From the NCBI GenBank assembly GCA_964016885.1, contig OZ024755.1, positions 17,918,001 to 17,982,000 on the forward strand: DNA of 64,000 nt. Direction: 5' to 3'. The translations under genes and the position numbers were made by a program. The notes beneath the pieces are model-generated. The model was not told the DNA's origin. It made no database searches and saw only the letters and a program-made list of their open reading frames with translations. Shown piece after piece: positions 39,444-51,349 of the stretch. The first letter of the stretch is position 1. Every line of letters begins with the position of its first letter. Source of the DNA: Eledone cirrhosa (taxonomy: Eukaryota).

Positions 39444-39960
39444 TAAAGGGAGATAACGCTAATCAAATTTAGAATAAAAAGTGTTTTAATACGGATTCTT
39501 CGTGTGTTTGTATATATATATATATATATATACATACAGAGAGAGAGATAGAGAAACGGAATTAGTGTGAGGTAACGAGCGGGATATTTTGAGATGTGTT
39601 ATCAGGCTGTCTTTCTATTTCTATATTAAAAATGTTTTATCTATATGTATGAATAATTTACTCACTAATATTGCGGCACGTAACGTTTCAGGTTTCGTCG
39701 CTTAATTATGCATGGTGTGGCCGATCTATGTGTTAGAAGATTGAGTTGTTGCGGTGGCACGTGGCTTAATTTCAGCCTGGACCGCACGAAGAATCGTTTA
39801 AAACACTTTTGATTCTAAATTTGATTAGCGTTATCTCCCTTTAATTGAATTACTTCCCCTGTATGGAATTCTTTTTTTTTTTTCATTGACTTTGAAAAAT
39901 ATTTTGGATATGGTATTCATGTAAAGAGGTATGTAATGTTTTATTTGCCGTGAATTAGGA
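39442..39960 (+). mobile_element. Dispersed repeat 'family B' (gaaacggaat...gttatctccctt) preceded by an inverted partial copy
   Basis: 39540-39960 homologous to 44715-45230; 39442-39505 is the reverse complement of 39785-39846. Confidence 0.65.
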
Positions 39961-40665
39961 CTACCTAAGAAACTAAAGCAGTTAACATGTTGACTAATCA
40001 GGGTTACATATACAACACACCGATCAGTGAATAATATTTTCTTCCAAATATAATTTATTGGTTCATGATGGTTTGTTTATACAATAAGGATAATTGTGAA
40101 GCTGTTTAAAAATCCTTTATTCATAAAACCTTACTACATATTTCAATGGTACTCATGTTTACGTGATAGATTGATCATGCTACATCATCTTATGCAAGAA
40201 GATTACGTTTCTAAAGCAATCCAGGCTAAAGACAGGGGAACAGACAGATATGTTTTCATTGCCTTGTGAACTTTAGTTCCACGTATTAATGTATTATTTT
40301 ATTATGATTACCAGCCGAATTACCCGCGCCTTTCTGCGCTTCACACATTTCTTTTCTAAGAAAATTATGATTGATTTTAAATCAGTGATATAATTTATGG
40401 AGAAAAACTCTGCATTTCAATATTACTCAATGTAAAATGTAATGCATGAAAAATTGGAAAACATTATTTTTTGTAATATATCACATCAAAATTACATTAT
40501 TAAATCTTATTCTTATTTTGTTTCTTGTAAATAATTTTTTTTAAAATATCAAATCTTGATCATTTCATTTTTGTGTAAAGCATTATTTTCAAATTAGAAA
40601 TTCTAAGTTTATTTATTTTTTAACATAAATACATTTCATACTTTGTCCTAATGAAGAACTTCAGG

Positions 40666-40975
40666 TTAAACAACATTTCTTGATTGGCTAAAATGTAGAG
40701 ATTTTTTTGAAGTTCCAGTCCTTGAAACAGCCACATAAAACATGCCATGACTGAAACATGGGTTTGTCAGATCTATACTAATAGTTTTGAAAGTTTGACC
40801 TTGACTCTTATTGATGCTCATGGCAAAGCATGGCCTCACTGGGAACTGCAGCCTCTTAAATGTAAAAGACAACTCGCTATCACTCGGAATGAGAAGAGCT
40901 TGACCTTTGTAAGCCCCGAATATAATGGTTGCTTCAATCAAGTTCTCATGCAGTGTTGTTACAACACATCTTGTT
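40666..40975 (-). pseudogene. Helitron RepHel PIF1-like helicase C-terminal fragment
   Basis: FKRLQFPVRPCFAMSINKSQGQT and CFSHGMFYVAVSR match the C-terminal motifs of Helitron PIF1-family helicases. Confidence 0.9.
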
Positions 40976-41211
40976 CCATTTATTGGCCAAAATTTTCACT
41001 ATAGGGTGTTTAACCCTCATTAGGGTGGTTTAATATTACTGAAATTTTGTGAATAGGCATCATATCTTGTTGTTTACCTATGGTTTAAATTTCATATAAA
41101 TCGAAGGGGGAAAGTTTTCAGCAGGGGTTTGTGCCCCGGGGAACCCTTTGATGAAAATGAAATATACTTGTCGAAGTACCCTGGGCAATGTAGTTTCAGA
41201 ATATATATTTT

Positions 41212-41900
41212 ATATGTGGCCAGTGCTCTGGTGCAATAAGTAGCAGCAAGTGCCCACAGAATACTAGCTCATTCCATTGCACAGATGGTTCTATAGTAAT
41301 AGTGGACACCTTTCGTTACCTGGGTGACAAAATCAGCAGTGGGGGAGGGTGCTCTGAAAGTACAGTAGTTAGAGTCAGAATGGGATGGAAAAAGTTCAGA
41401 GAGCTTATACCACTATTGGCCGCTAAAGGGTTCTCTCTAAAAATAAAAGGAAGGCTGTATGATGCCTGCATACGAACAGCAATGTTACATGGCAGTGAGA
41501 CCTGGGCATTGTGTGCAGAGGATATACACAGACTGGAGAGGAACGAAGCTTGCATGCTCCGCTGGATGTGTAATAGTAATATACGTGAACGGCAAAGCAT
41601 AAACGAACTAAGGGAGAAATTAGGAATAAGAGGGATCAGATGTTGTTTACTCGAGAGAAGACTACGTTTTACGGTCATGTGATGCGCATGAAAGATGACA
41701 GCTGTATTAAAAAGTGCAGGGCGATATAAAAAAAATAGACGGTAGCTACGGAGTAGGCAGACCCAGAAAAACCTGGGATGACTTGATAAATTCCGACCTC
41801 ACACACTTACACCTCTCCAAGACAATGTCACTGGACCGAGATCTTTGGTGCAACACAGTAATACAGAAGACCCGCCTTGCCTAAGTACAAAGTGAAACCT
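41212..41900 (+). pseudogene. 5'-truncated RTE-clade LINE, reverse transcriptase C-terminal region
   Basis: FRYLGD...GWKKFREL...KGRLYDAC...HGSETW...ERRLR, then after a frameshift YGHVMRM...GRPRKTW. Confidence 0.9.
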
Positions 41901-42419
41901 ACTACAGTCAGTAGGCACCTCTAACAAAAATACACCCCCGTCTAACTACCCCCACCCCATCCACACCACCCCTTTCAATGTAAAGTTATGTTGGTAACAC
42001 AACATCCAGTCCGAAACAAATGAGGTTGTGTAGGTGTCACGACAAAAAAAACACACAGTCCACGCTGTAATGTGGCCGTGTAGGCAACACGGTAAAAACC
42101 TCCCAGTCCACACTGTAAACGTGGTTGGTGTTAGGAAGGGCATCCAGCCGTAGAAAACCCGCCAGACAGTCCTATGCGAGCAAGACAACCACTCTTGCCT
42201 CAAGTGGGAAAACTCCCGTCCAAACCCATGCAAGCGTGGAAGATGGACGTTAAACGGTGATGATGATGATGATGATATATGGTTATGGGGTTCTATTTCC
42301 AAAACTATAGGATGAGTTTGTGAACAAACAAACACACAAACTACAACTTTATATATATAGATATAAGTGAATAGACATGCACATACATACATACATACAT
42401 ATATATATACATTACAAAG

Positions 42420-42593
42420 AAAGTGTGGTAAGAAACCAAGTGGACCATAATGCACCAGAGTACTCGATACTTAGGGTAGTCGAGTGGGTAATAGGAAAAG
42501 AGTCAGGACCCCTACAGCTGAGCTCTGGCCGTTTCGACAGCTAGACCCGAACTAAACCAGTACTGGTTTAGTTCAGATCTGACTCTTTTCCTA
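42420..42593 (-). mobile_element. Third copy of the palindromic hammerhead-half element (right arm partly deleted)
   Basis: Family tail; outer arms ataggaaaagagtcag/ctgactcttttcctat; centre ccagtactgg. Confidence 0.6.
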
Positions 42594-43480
42594 TATATAT
42601 ATGAACAACACACACACATATATGTAATATAAATAATTTATATATGTATACACATATATATATATATATATATATCATATGTATTATATATGTATAATGT
42701 ATAAATATATAATAAATATATATTCCTAACGATCGACTTTCGTCAAATCGGACCGAGGAAACAGTGTTTCCATTGGTCTTTCCAATTGCTAATACTATCT
42801 ATTGGTCGCAACTCCAAGTAGAAGGAGCAACGTGAAATAAAGTGTCTTGCTCAAGGACATAACGCATCACCCGGTCCAGGAATCGAACTCACAACCTCAC
42901 GATTGCGAATCCAGTTCTCGACCCACTCAGCCACACATAAATATATATATATGTATAAATATGTAATAAATATAAATATATAATGTATAAATATATAATA
43001 AATATATTGGAATATAATGTGGGGAGCCCCAAGAAGACCTGGGATGAGGTGATAAAAGCCGACCTTACCCTACAGCTGTAGAAATCAAGCCAAAATCTGT
43101 TCCTGTATGAGCAAGGCATGGTCAGCCGACCAGACACTGCCCACAACAGGACAACCCATCTAACCCATGCTAGCGTGGAAGAATGAACGTAGAACGGTGA
43201 TGATGATATAATATATATATATATATGTTTATAATATATATATATATATATAATATATATATATATATGTTTATAATATATATATATATATATAAATGGA
43301 AAAAATGAAATTTCATTTCTCACTCTTAGTACGGCTGATACTTAAATATAAGTATGTATACGTACATACATACAGATGTACACTAGTATGTATATACATA
43401 CATACATGCACACATATATATATGTACGTATGGGTTTAGCGAAGATTTATTATATTGCTCGGTTTATAATATACATATAT

Positions 43481-43797
43481 GGGAAAATGTATGACCCCGA
43501 CGGCAGAACTCAAGCCGTTTCGACGGCTATTTCTGGACTAAATTAGAATTTTTATCGTGGTAAATAAATAGCCAAACTTTTCAAGGGGTAATTCCTTATA
43601 TGGGAAGATTGTAGTTGTCAAGAGGATTGGTCAAAATTTCTTGTAAACACAATTAAGTATTTCAAGAAAGACTTAATTGTGTTTACAATTTCTTGTAAAC
43701 ACAATTAAGTCTTTCTTGAAATACTTAATTGTGTTGACAAGAAATTTTGACCAATCCTATTTTCCTATTACCCACTCTACTAAGTATTGAGTACTCC
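43481..43797 (+). mobile_element. Fourth copy of the same element, interrupted by a different 136-bp palindrome (43623-43758)
   Basis: Left arm at 43481-43539, family tail at 43759-43797; inserted palindrome with a tttc loop at 43689-43692. Confidence 0.6.
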
Positions 43798-43904
43798 TTA
43801 CAGATATATGTGACATTTTTTTCATAAACTATGAACCAGAAATAGGTTTAGTCAGAATTTTTTTTACAAGTAAGTGTATATATATATGTTACAAAGTCAA
43901 ATTA

Positions 43905-44360
43905 TGTCATTGCCAAGCTAAAGTAATAGAAGGTGAAAAAAGCAATTTCAGGGCATATACTTCTCATAGAATCTTCTACAGCCAGGTTAACCTCATTGAA
44001 TACCAGGTGAAAGAGACAGTTTTAAGGCATATACTTCTCATGTGATTGCCTATGGTCAGATAAAATGTGGTCGATGGTTAGCAAGCAAAAAAAGCAGTTT
44101 TAAGGATCTTCTATGGCCAGCTAAACCCTTGACAATGTGAGAGGGTGAAAGAAGCAGTTTTAGGGTGTATACTTCCTTACAGCCAACTAAATCCTGGTCA
44201 ATGCCAGGTTAGAGGATGAAAGTAACGGCTTTAGGGCATGGTTTGCTTGTAGGCTTTTCTAAGGCCAGCTAAACCCTGGTCCTCTACAGCTAACTAAATC
44301 TTGGTGAATGCCAGGTCAGATGGCGAAATAAGCAGTTTAAGATCATAAACTTCTCGTAGT
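43905..44360 (+). repeat. Degenerate ~80-bp satellite, inverted relative to 51350-52635
   Basis: ccagctaaacc...gtcaatgccagg...gtgaaa...gcagttttaagg...atacttctc is the reverse complement of the 51350-52635 unit. Confidence 0.75.
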
Positions 44361-44619
44361 TAAACCTCGCCTGTCTCTCTTACTCCAGATAATAGAACAG
44401 AGGACTTTGTTAAAAGCTTTCTCTGGAAGAAATCTGCTGTATACTTCTTTGTGTTGTTAGCAGCCAACACACTCAAGTGTAAAAGAAAAAAACTTTATTT
44501 CATATTGTTCCAGTACCCTCAGTAGTTAGGGAGTAAATCCCGCGATAGATCGGTATCCTATCAAGGGAGAATATTGTACTCTGAGACACTTAACAAGGAA
44601 ACCCAATGATAAACATAGA

Positions 44620-45250
44620 ACAAACTTTATATATACTAATTTTTCAATTTACAGAAATATGTATATTAACTTACATATTAATTGTTCGGCATATATCTAC
44701 TAAATACTAATAGTTTATATATAGAAACGGAATGAGAGTAAGGTAACACATAATATATGTTGAGGCGTGTTATCTAGCTTTCTTTCTGCTTCTATATTAA
44801 ACAAACAAAAAAAAAATTTTTTAGATTTAAGTATGACTAATTTATAGAGTATTATTGTGTTGACGTACGTAGCGCTTCGGACTTCATCGCCTACTTATGT
44901 ATGGCGTGGCCATTCTATGTGTCGGAAGATCAAATCGCGGCCTCAGCAGCCGGAACTATTTGCAAGATTGCTTTATGCTAGCATGCGTCCTGGACTGCGT
45001 GAGCAATTATTTTTGCTTTCCCTTTATTTAGAGTTACCTCCTCTTTATGGAACTCTTCTCTTTTTTTTATTGACTTCCGGTTCTTTGAAAAAAATTCATT
45101 TTGGATATTACTTTCCTTATGTATGGAGGTACGTAATGTTTTCTTTGCACGAACTATCTTACACTTTATGTCAATAACTCTCACATTTTGGATATTGTGT
45201 TCACGTGAAGAGGTATTTTATGTGGCTTTCTGGAACATCTTCACCCACTA
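44620..45250 (+). mobile_element. Family B repeat (left arm of the composite)
   Basis: Homologous to 39540-39960 and, in reverse complement, to 50847-51330; also at 54090-54735 and 54950-55610. Confidence 0.7.
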
Positions 45251-45709
45251 GACACATGTTTTCTTTTAAATTAAAAAAACTACACATTATAAACATCATT
45301 CTGTAGATATTTCTTTACTGAATACATAGTAAACCTTGTCAACACTAGCAGATATTCTTGAGACACAAAAATAGGTTTTACTATCTTCTCTTTTTGCTAT
45401 ATACTGTCTACTAAGAAAAATATATAAACCTTCTCTATATACAGCTACATTTTTATTATCTTTCTTTCTTTCATACCCAATGAAGCATGGCACCTTCATT
45501 TCTCGCACACATGTATTATCTTGTACGTAGAAAGTAACCTTTTGTTGTCCAACTAATGGCTACTGTGTGATTTGGAGCAACGTGAAATAAAGTGTCTTGC
45601 TCAAGAACACAACGCAAAGTCCGGTCTGAGAATCGAACTCACGATTGTAAAGTCCGACGACTTAAGTTTTGAACGAATTTGTTTTCGATATCATCATCGT
45701 AATCAAAGA

Positions 45710-48100
45710 TTAACTGTTGATCAGTGTTAACTAGATCGATATCACTTTAACCCACGTAACATAGAACCATTTACATTCTTCTTACGATTCTTTGTTCCCT
45801 TTTAACAATTAACTGTTAATCAGATCGATATCACATCAACCCACGTAACATAGAACCATTTACATTCTTAGTTCCTTTTCAACACTTAACTGTTACTTAG
45901 TGTTAACTAGATCGATATCACATTTACCCACGTAACATAGAACCTTTACATTCTTACTTTGTTTTCAACACTTAACTGTTAGTTAGTGTTAACTAGATCG
46001 ATATCACATTTACCCACGTAACATAGAACCTTTACATTCTTAGTTTCTTTTCAACACTTAACTGTTAGTTAGTTAGTGTTAACTAGATCGATATCACATT
46101 TACCCACGTAACATAGAACCTTTACATTCTTAGTTTCTTTTCAACACTTAACTGTTAGTGTTAACTAGATCGATATCACATTTACCCACGTAACATAGAA
46201 CCTTTACATTGTTTGTTCCTTTTCAACACTTAACTGTTAGTTAGTTAGTGTTAACTAGATCGATATCACATTTACCCACGTAACATAGAACCTTTACATT
46301 CTTAGTTTCTTTGTTCCTTTTCAACACTTAACTGTTAGTTAGTGTTAACTAGATCGATATCACATTTACCCACGTAACATAGAACTTTTACATTCTTTGT
46401 TTCTTTTCAACACTTAACTGTTAGTTAGTGTTAACTAGATCGATATCACATTTACCCACGTAACATAGAACCTTTACATTCTTAGTTTCTTTGTTCCTTT
46501 TCAACACTTAACTGTTAGTTAGTGTTAACTAGATCGATATCACATTTACCCACGTAACATAGAACTTTTACATTCTTTGTTTCTTTTCAACACTTAACTG
46601 TTAGTTAGTGTTAACTAGATCGATATCACATTTACCCACGTAACATAGAACCTTTACATTCTTAGTTTCTTTGTTCCTTTTCAACACTTAACTGTTAGTT
46701 AGTGTTAACTAGATCGATATCACATTTACCCACGTAACATAGAACTTTTACATTCTTTGTTTCTTTTCAACACTTAACTGTTAGTTAGTGTTAACTAGAT
46801 CGATATCACATTTACCCACGTAACATAGAACCTTTACATTCTTAGTTTCTTTGTTCCTTTTCAACACTTAACTGTTAGTTAGTGTTAACTAGATCGATAT
46901 CACATTTACCCACGTAACATAGAACTTTTACATTCTTTGTTTCTTTTCAACACTTAACTGTTAGTTAGTGTTAACTAGATCGATATCACATTTACCCACG
47001 TAACATAGAACTTTTACATTCTTTGTTTCTTTTCAACACTTAACTGTTAGTTAGTGTTAGTTAGATCGATATCACATTTACCCACGTAACATAGAACTTT
47101 TACATTCTTTGTTCCTTTTCAACACTTAACTGTTAGTTAGTGTTAACTAGATCGATATCACATTTACCCACGTAACATAGAACCTTTACATTCTTAGTTT
47201 CTTTTCAACACTTAACTGTTAGTTAGTGTTAACTAGATCGATATCACATTAACCCACGTAACATAGAACCTTTACATTCTTAGTTTCTTTTCAACACTTA
47301 ACTGTTAGTTAGTTAGTGTTAACTAGATCGATATCACATTTACCCACGTAACATAGAACCTTTACATTCTTAGTTTCTTTTCAACACTTAACTGTTAGTT
47401 AGTGTTAACTAGATCGATATCACATTTACCCACGTAACATAGAACCTTTACATTCTTAGTTTCTTTTCAACACTTAACTGTTAGTTAGTGTTAACTAGAT
47501 CGATATCACATTTACCCACGTAACATAGAACCTTTACATTGTTTGTTCCTTTTCAACACTTAACTGTTAGTTAGTGTTAACTAGATCGATATCACATTTA
47601 CCTACGTAACATAGAACCTTTACATTCTTAGTTTCTTTGTTCCTTTTCAACACTTAACTGTTAGTTAGTGTTAACTAGATCGATATCACATTTACCTACG
47701 TAACATAGAACCTTTACATTCTTAGTTTCTTTGTTCCTTTTCAACACTTAACTGTTAGTTAGTGTTAACTAGATCGATATCACATTTACCTACGTAACAG
47801 AACCTTTACATTCTTAGTTTCTTTTCAACACTTAACTGTTAGTTAGTTAGTGTTAACTAGATCGATATCACATTAACCCACGTAACATAGAACCTTTACA
47901 TTCTTAGTTTCTTTTCAACACTTAACTGTTAGTTAGTTAGTGTTAACTAGATCGATATCACATTTACCCACGTAACATAGAACCTTTACATTCTTTGTTC
48001 CTTTTCAACACTTAACTATTAGTTAGTGTTAACTAGATCGATATCACATTAACCCACGTAACATAGAACCTTTACTTTTTAAGTTCCTTTTCAACACTTT
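45710..48100. repeat. 86/90/94-bp satellite array (~27 units) including a 180-bp dimeric higher-order repeat
   Basis: Unit ttttcaacacttaactgttagttagtgttaactagatcgatatcacatttacccacgtaacatagaacctttacattcttagtttc; exact 180-bp period over 46261-46980. Confidence 0.95.
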
Positions 48101-48449
48101 ATTTACATTCTTAGTTTCTTTTTTCGTCATTGACATTCCTAAAAGACAACTAAGAATGTAAATGAAGTTTCTTTCTTTAATTGTTGTTGTTTTTTTAGAT
48201 AATCAAATCGATATCGCTTTAACTGTTAATCTACGTAACTAATAACCATTTACATTCTTTCTTTAAGAAAATTCATATACATTTTTAGTTGCCTCTATTT
48301 AAATATATATATAAGAAAAGACAAAATCGGATGAATTTTATAAAGTTTAATATTCTTTTTATTGATAACGTATGTAAATGACTTTCATTTCTTTTTACAG
48401 ATGTCCAGCCTTCAAGTTCATATGCTGTGTTGTTTGGCGTAGTTTCTGT

Positions 48450-48670
48450 TAATAAAGAAAATTTACATGTTGATTCCGTCATAAATGAATAAAGAAAATG
48501 TACATAATATATACGAATTGTATTCCATTTATTTTGCCATAAACGAATAAAGAAAATTTACATATCATATACGAATTGTATTCAGTTTATTTTGCCATAA
48601 ATGAATAAAGAAAATTTACATAATATATACGAATTGAATTCAGTTTATTTTGCCAAAAATGAATCAAGAA
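48450..48670. repeat. 58-bp tandem repeat (~3.5 units; ~4.5 units at 57945-58220)
   Basis: ataaa(t/c)gaataaagaaaatttacata...tacgaattgtattccatttattttgcc. Confidence 0.85.
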
Positions 48671-48816
48671 ACCGTGAAGTTTCTAAATAAAGAAGCTAAG
48701 AATGTTTTTTTTCTCCACATCAGATGATACTCATGCCTGGATCGAGGAACTGATGTTGCTCAAGCGAGGTAAAAAAAAAAATTAAAAAGGGCTCCCTCTG
48801 CGAATGAACTGAAAAG

Positions 48817-48960
48817 TCAAGGGAGGTAACTCTTCCTTAGTAAGAGTTACCTCCCTTAAAAAAAAAATTTTTTTTTAAAGGGAGATAACTATTATCTCCC
48901 TTTAAAAATTTTTTTTTTAAAGGGAGATAACTCTTACTTTTGAAGAGTTACCTCCCTTGA
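48817..48960. other. 144-bp nested palindrome of six alternating GGGAG(G/A)TAA motifs
   Basis: Perfect 19-bp termini tcaagggaggtaactcttc/gaagagttacctcccttga; three internal hairpins separated by AnTn tracts. Confidence 0.9.
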
Positions 48961-48974
48961 TTAGTGTTTTAAAA

Positions 48975-49197
48975 AGAAACTAAGAATGTATATGAAGTGT
49001 CTATAAAGAAACTAAGAATGTAGATGAAGTGTCTATAAAGAATCTAAATGAAGTGTCTAAAAAGAATCTAGATGAAGTGTCTATAAAGAATCTAGATGAA
49101 GTGTCTAAAAAGAATCTAAATGAAGTGTCTATAAAGAATCTAGATGAAGTGTCTATAAAGAATCTAAATGAAGTGTCTATAAAGAATCTAAATGAAA
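48975..49197. repeat. 24-bp tandem repeat (tctataaagaatctaaatgaagtg)
   Basis: About 8 units; shorter array at 58513-58633. Confidence 0.9.
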
Positions 49198-50846
49198 CTA
49201 TATGAAATGTGTGTTTTTGAAAGTGTCAAAAAAAATTCTATATGAAATGAGTGTTTTTGAAAAGTCGAAAAAAAATTCTATATGAAATGTGTGTTTTTGA
49301 AAAGTCGAAAAAAATTTCTATATGAAATGAGTGTTTTTGAAAAGTCGAAAAAAAATTCTATATGAAATGTGTGTTTTTGAAAAGTCGAAAAAAAATTCTA
49401 TATGAAATGTGTGTTTTTGAAAAGTCGAAAAAAAATTCTATATGAAATGTGTGTTTTTGAAAAGTCGAAAAAAAATTCCATATGAAATGAGTGTTTTTGA
49501 AAAGTTGAAAAAAAATTCTATATGAAATGTGTGTTTTTGAAAAGTCGAAAAAAAATTCCATATGAAATGTGTGTTTTTGAAAAGTCGAAAAAAATTCTAT
49601 ATGAAATGTGTGTTTTTGAAAAGTCGAAAAAAAATTCTATATGAAATGTGTGTTTTTGAAAAGTCGAAAAAAAATTCTATATGAAATGTGTGTTTTTGAA
49701 AAGTCGAAAAAAAATTCTATATGAAATGTGTGTTTTTGAAAAGTCGAAAAAAAATTCTATATGAAATGTGTGTTTTTGAAAAGTCGAAAAAAAATTCTAT
49801 ATGAAATGAGTGTTTTTGAAAAGTCGAAAAAAAATTCTATATGAAATGAGTGTTTTTGAAAAGTCGAAAAAAAATTCTATATGAAATGTGTGTTTTTGAA
49901 AAGTCGAAAAAAAATTCTATATGAAATGAGTGTTTTTGAAAAGTCGAAAAAAAATTCTATATGAAATGTGTGTTTTTGAAAAGTTGAAAAAAAATTCTAT
50001 ATGAAATGAGTGTTTTTGAAAAGTCGAAAAAAAATTCTATATGAAATGTGTGATTTTGAAAAGTCGAAAAAAAATTCTATATGAAATGTGTGATTTTGAA
50101 AAGTCGAAAAAAAATTCTATATGAAATGAGTGTTTTTGAAAAGTCGAAAAAAAATTCTATATGAAATGTGTGTTTTTGAAAAGTCGAAAAAAAATTCTAT
50201 ATGAAATGTGTGTTTTTGAAAAGTCGAAAAAAAATTCTATATGAAATGAGTGTTTTTGAAAAGTCGAAAAAAAATTCTATATGAAATGTGTGCTTTTGAA
50301 AAGTCGAAAAAAAATTCTATATGAAATGAGTGTTTTTGAAAAGTCGAAAAAAAATTCTATATGAAATGTGTGTTTTTGAAAAGTCGAAAAAAAATTCTAT
50401 ATGAAATGTGTGTTTTTGAAAAGTCGAAAAAAAATTCTATATGAAATGAGTGTTTTTGAAAAGTCGAAAAAAAATTCTATATGAAATGTGTGTTTTTGAA
50501 AAGTCGAAAAAAATTTTATATGAAATGAGTGTTTTTGAAAAGTCGAAAAAAAATTCTATATGAAATGTGTGTTTTTGAAAAGTCGAAAAAAAATTCTATA
50601 TGAAATGTGTGTTTTTGAAAAGTCGAAAAAAAATTCTATATGAAATGAGTGTTTTTGAAAAGTCGAAAAAAAATTCTATATGAAATGTGTGTTTTTGAAA
50701 AGTCGAAAAAAAATTCTATATGAAATGAGTGTTTTTGAAAAGTCGAAAAAAAATTCTATATGAAATGTGTGTTTTTGAAAAGTCGAAAAAAAATTCTATA
50801 TGAAATGAGTGTTTTTGAAAAGTCGAAAAAAAATTCTATATGAAAT
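49198..50846. repeat. 40-bp A-tract satellite (~41 units)
   Basis: Unit ttctatatgaaatg(t/a)gtgtttttgaaaagtcgaaaaaaaa. Confidence 0.95.
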
Positions 50847-51330
50847 TTGTTTTCTTTCAAACAACCGGAAGTCAATCGAAAAAAGAGTTAAATAAAGGGA
50901 GATAATTCTAACATTTTTTAGCAAAAGGGGGTAAGGCGGATTCTCATCGTGGTCTAGGACGCAGGCCAGCATATAGCCAGCCTGCAAACATCCCAGCCGC
51001 CGTAGCCACGTGCACACCACAACGATTCGAACTTGGGATACATAGTATGGAAACGACACATACATACGTAGCCGACGACGTCCGAGCCGTTGCGCGCATC
51101 GCCACGCACAAGCCGCAATTCTACTAAGTAAAATAGATATATTTATAGGTACAATTTTATTTACTTTTTTAAAAAAAAATATAGAAACGGAAAGGGAGAT
51201 AACACGTCTCAAAATATATTCCGTATGTTATCTCACTCATTCCGTTTCTATATATAAAGTAATTTTGAACGTATATACGGAACAATTTTTATGGAAATAA
51301 ATATACTTATGTCAAGCTGGTAACATATAT
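50847..51330 (-). mobile_element. Family B repeat, diverged inverted copy (right arm)
   Basis: accggaagtcaat and gataacacgtctcaaaatatatt...cactcattccgtttctatatata are reverse complements of motifs in 44715-45090. Confidence 0.75.
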
Positions 51331-51349
51331 ATTACCTCCGTTTAGACGG

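Larger units (their letters stand above)
40311..42361 (-). mobile_element. Internally deleted Helitron with nested LINE and SINE insertions
   Basis: Minus-strand 5' end A|TCTATATATATAAAG + (GTTT)n at 42361; 3' hairpin gcgc-agaaag-gcgc + CTGG|T at 40311; helicase remnant inside. Confidence 0.7.

Noticed and set aside
40666-40941. Host PIF1 helicase gene
   Set aside because: Isolated, internally deleted fragment bounded by Helitron termini.
45710-48100. CRISPR-like array with a palindromic repeat
   Set aside because: Variable parts are only 4-8 bp indels of the same sequence; it is a satellite.
48716-48770. C/D snoRNA or hammerhead-like hairpin (acatcag...ctgatgt)
   Set aside because: Too short; box C and the CUGANGA/GAAA cores do not match properly.
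50796-51212. 138-aa ORF conserved in both duplicate copies (also 44857-45177, 48285-48482, 53030-53245)
   Set aside because: Conservation only reflects the recent duplication; these ORFs lie in repeats, often start at non-ATG codons and show no recognisable domains.
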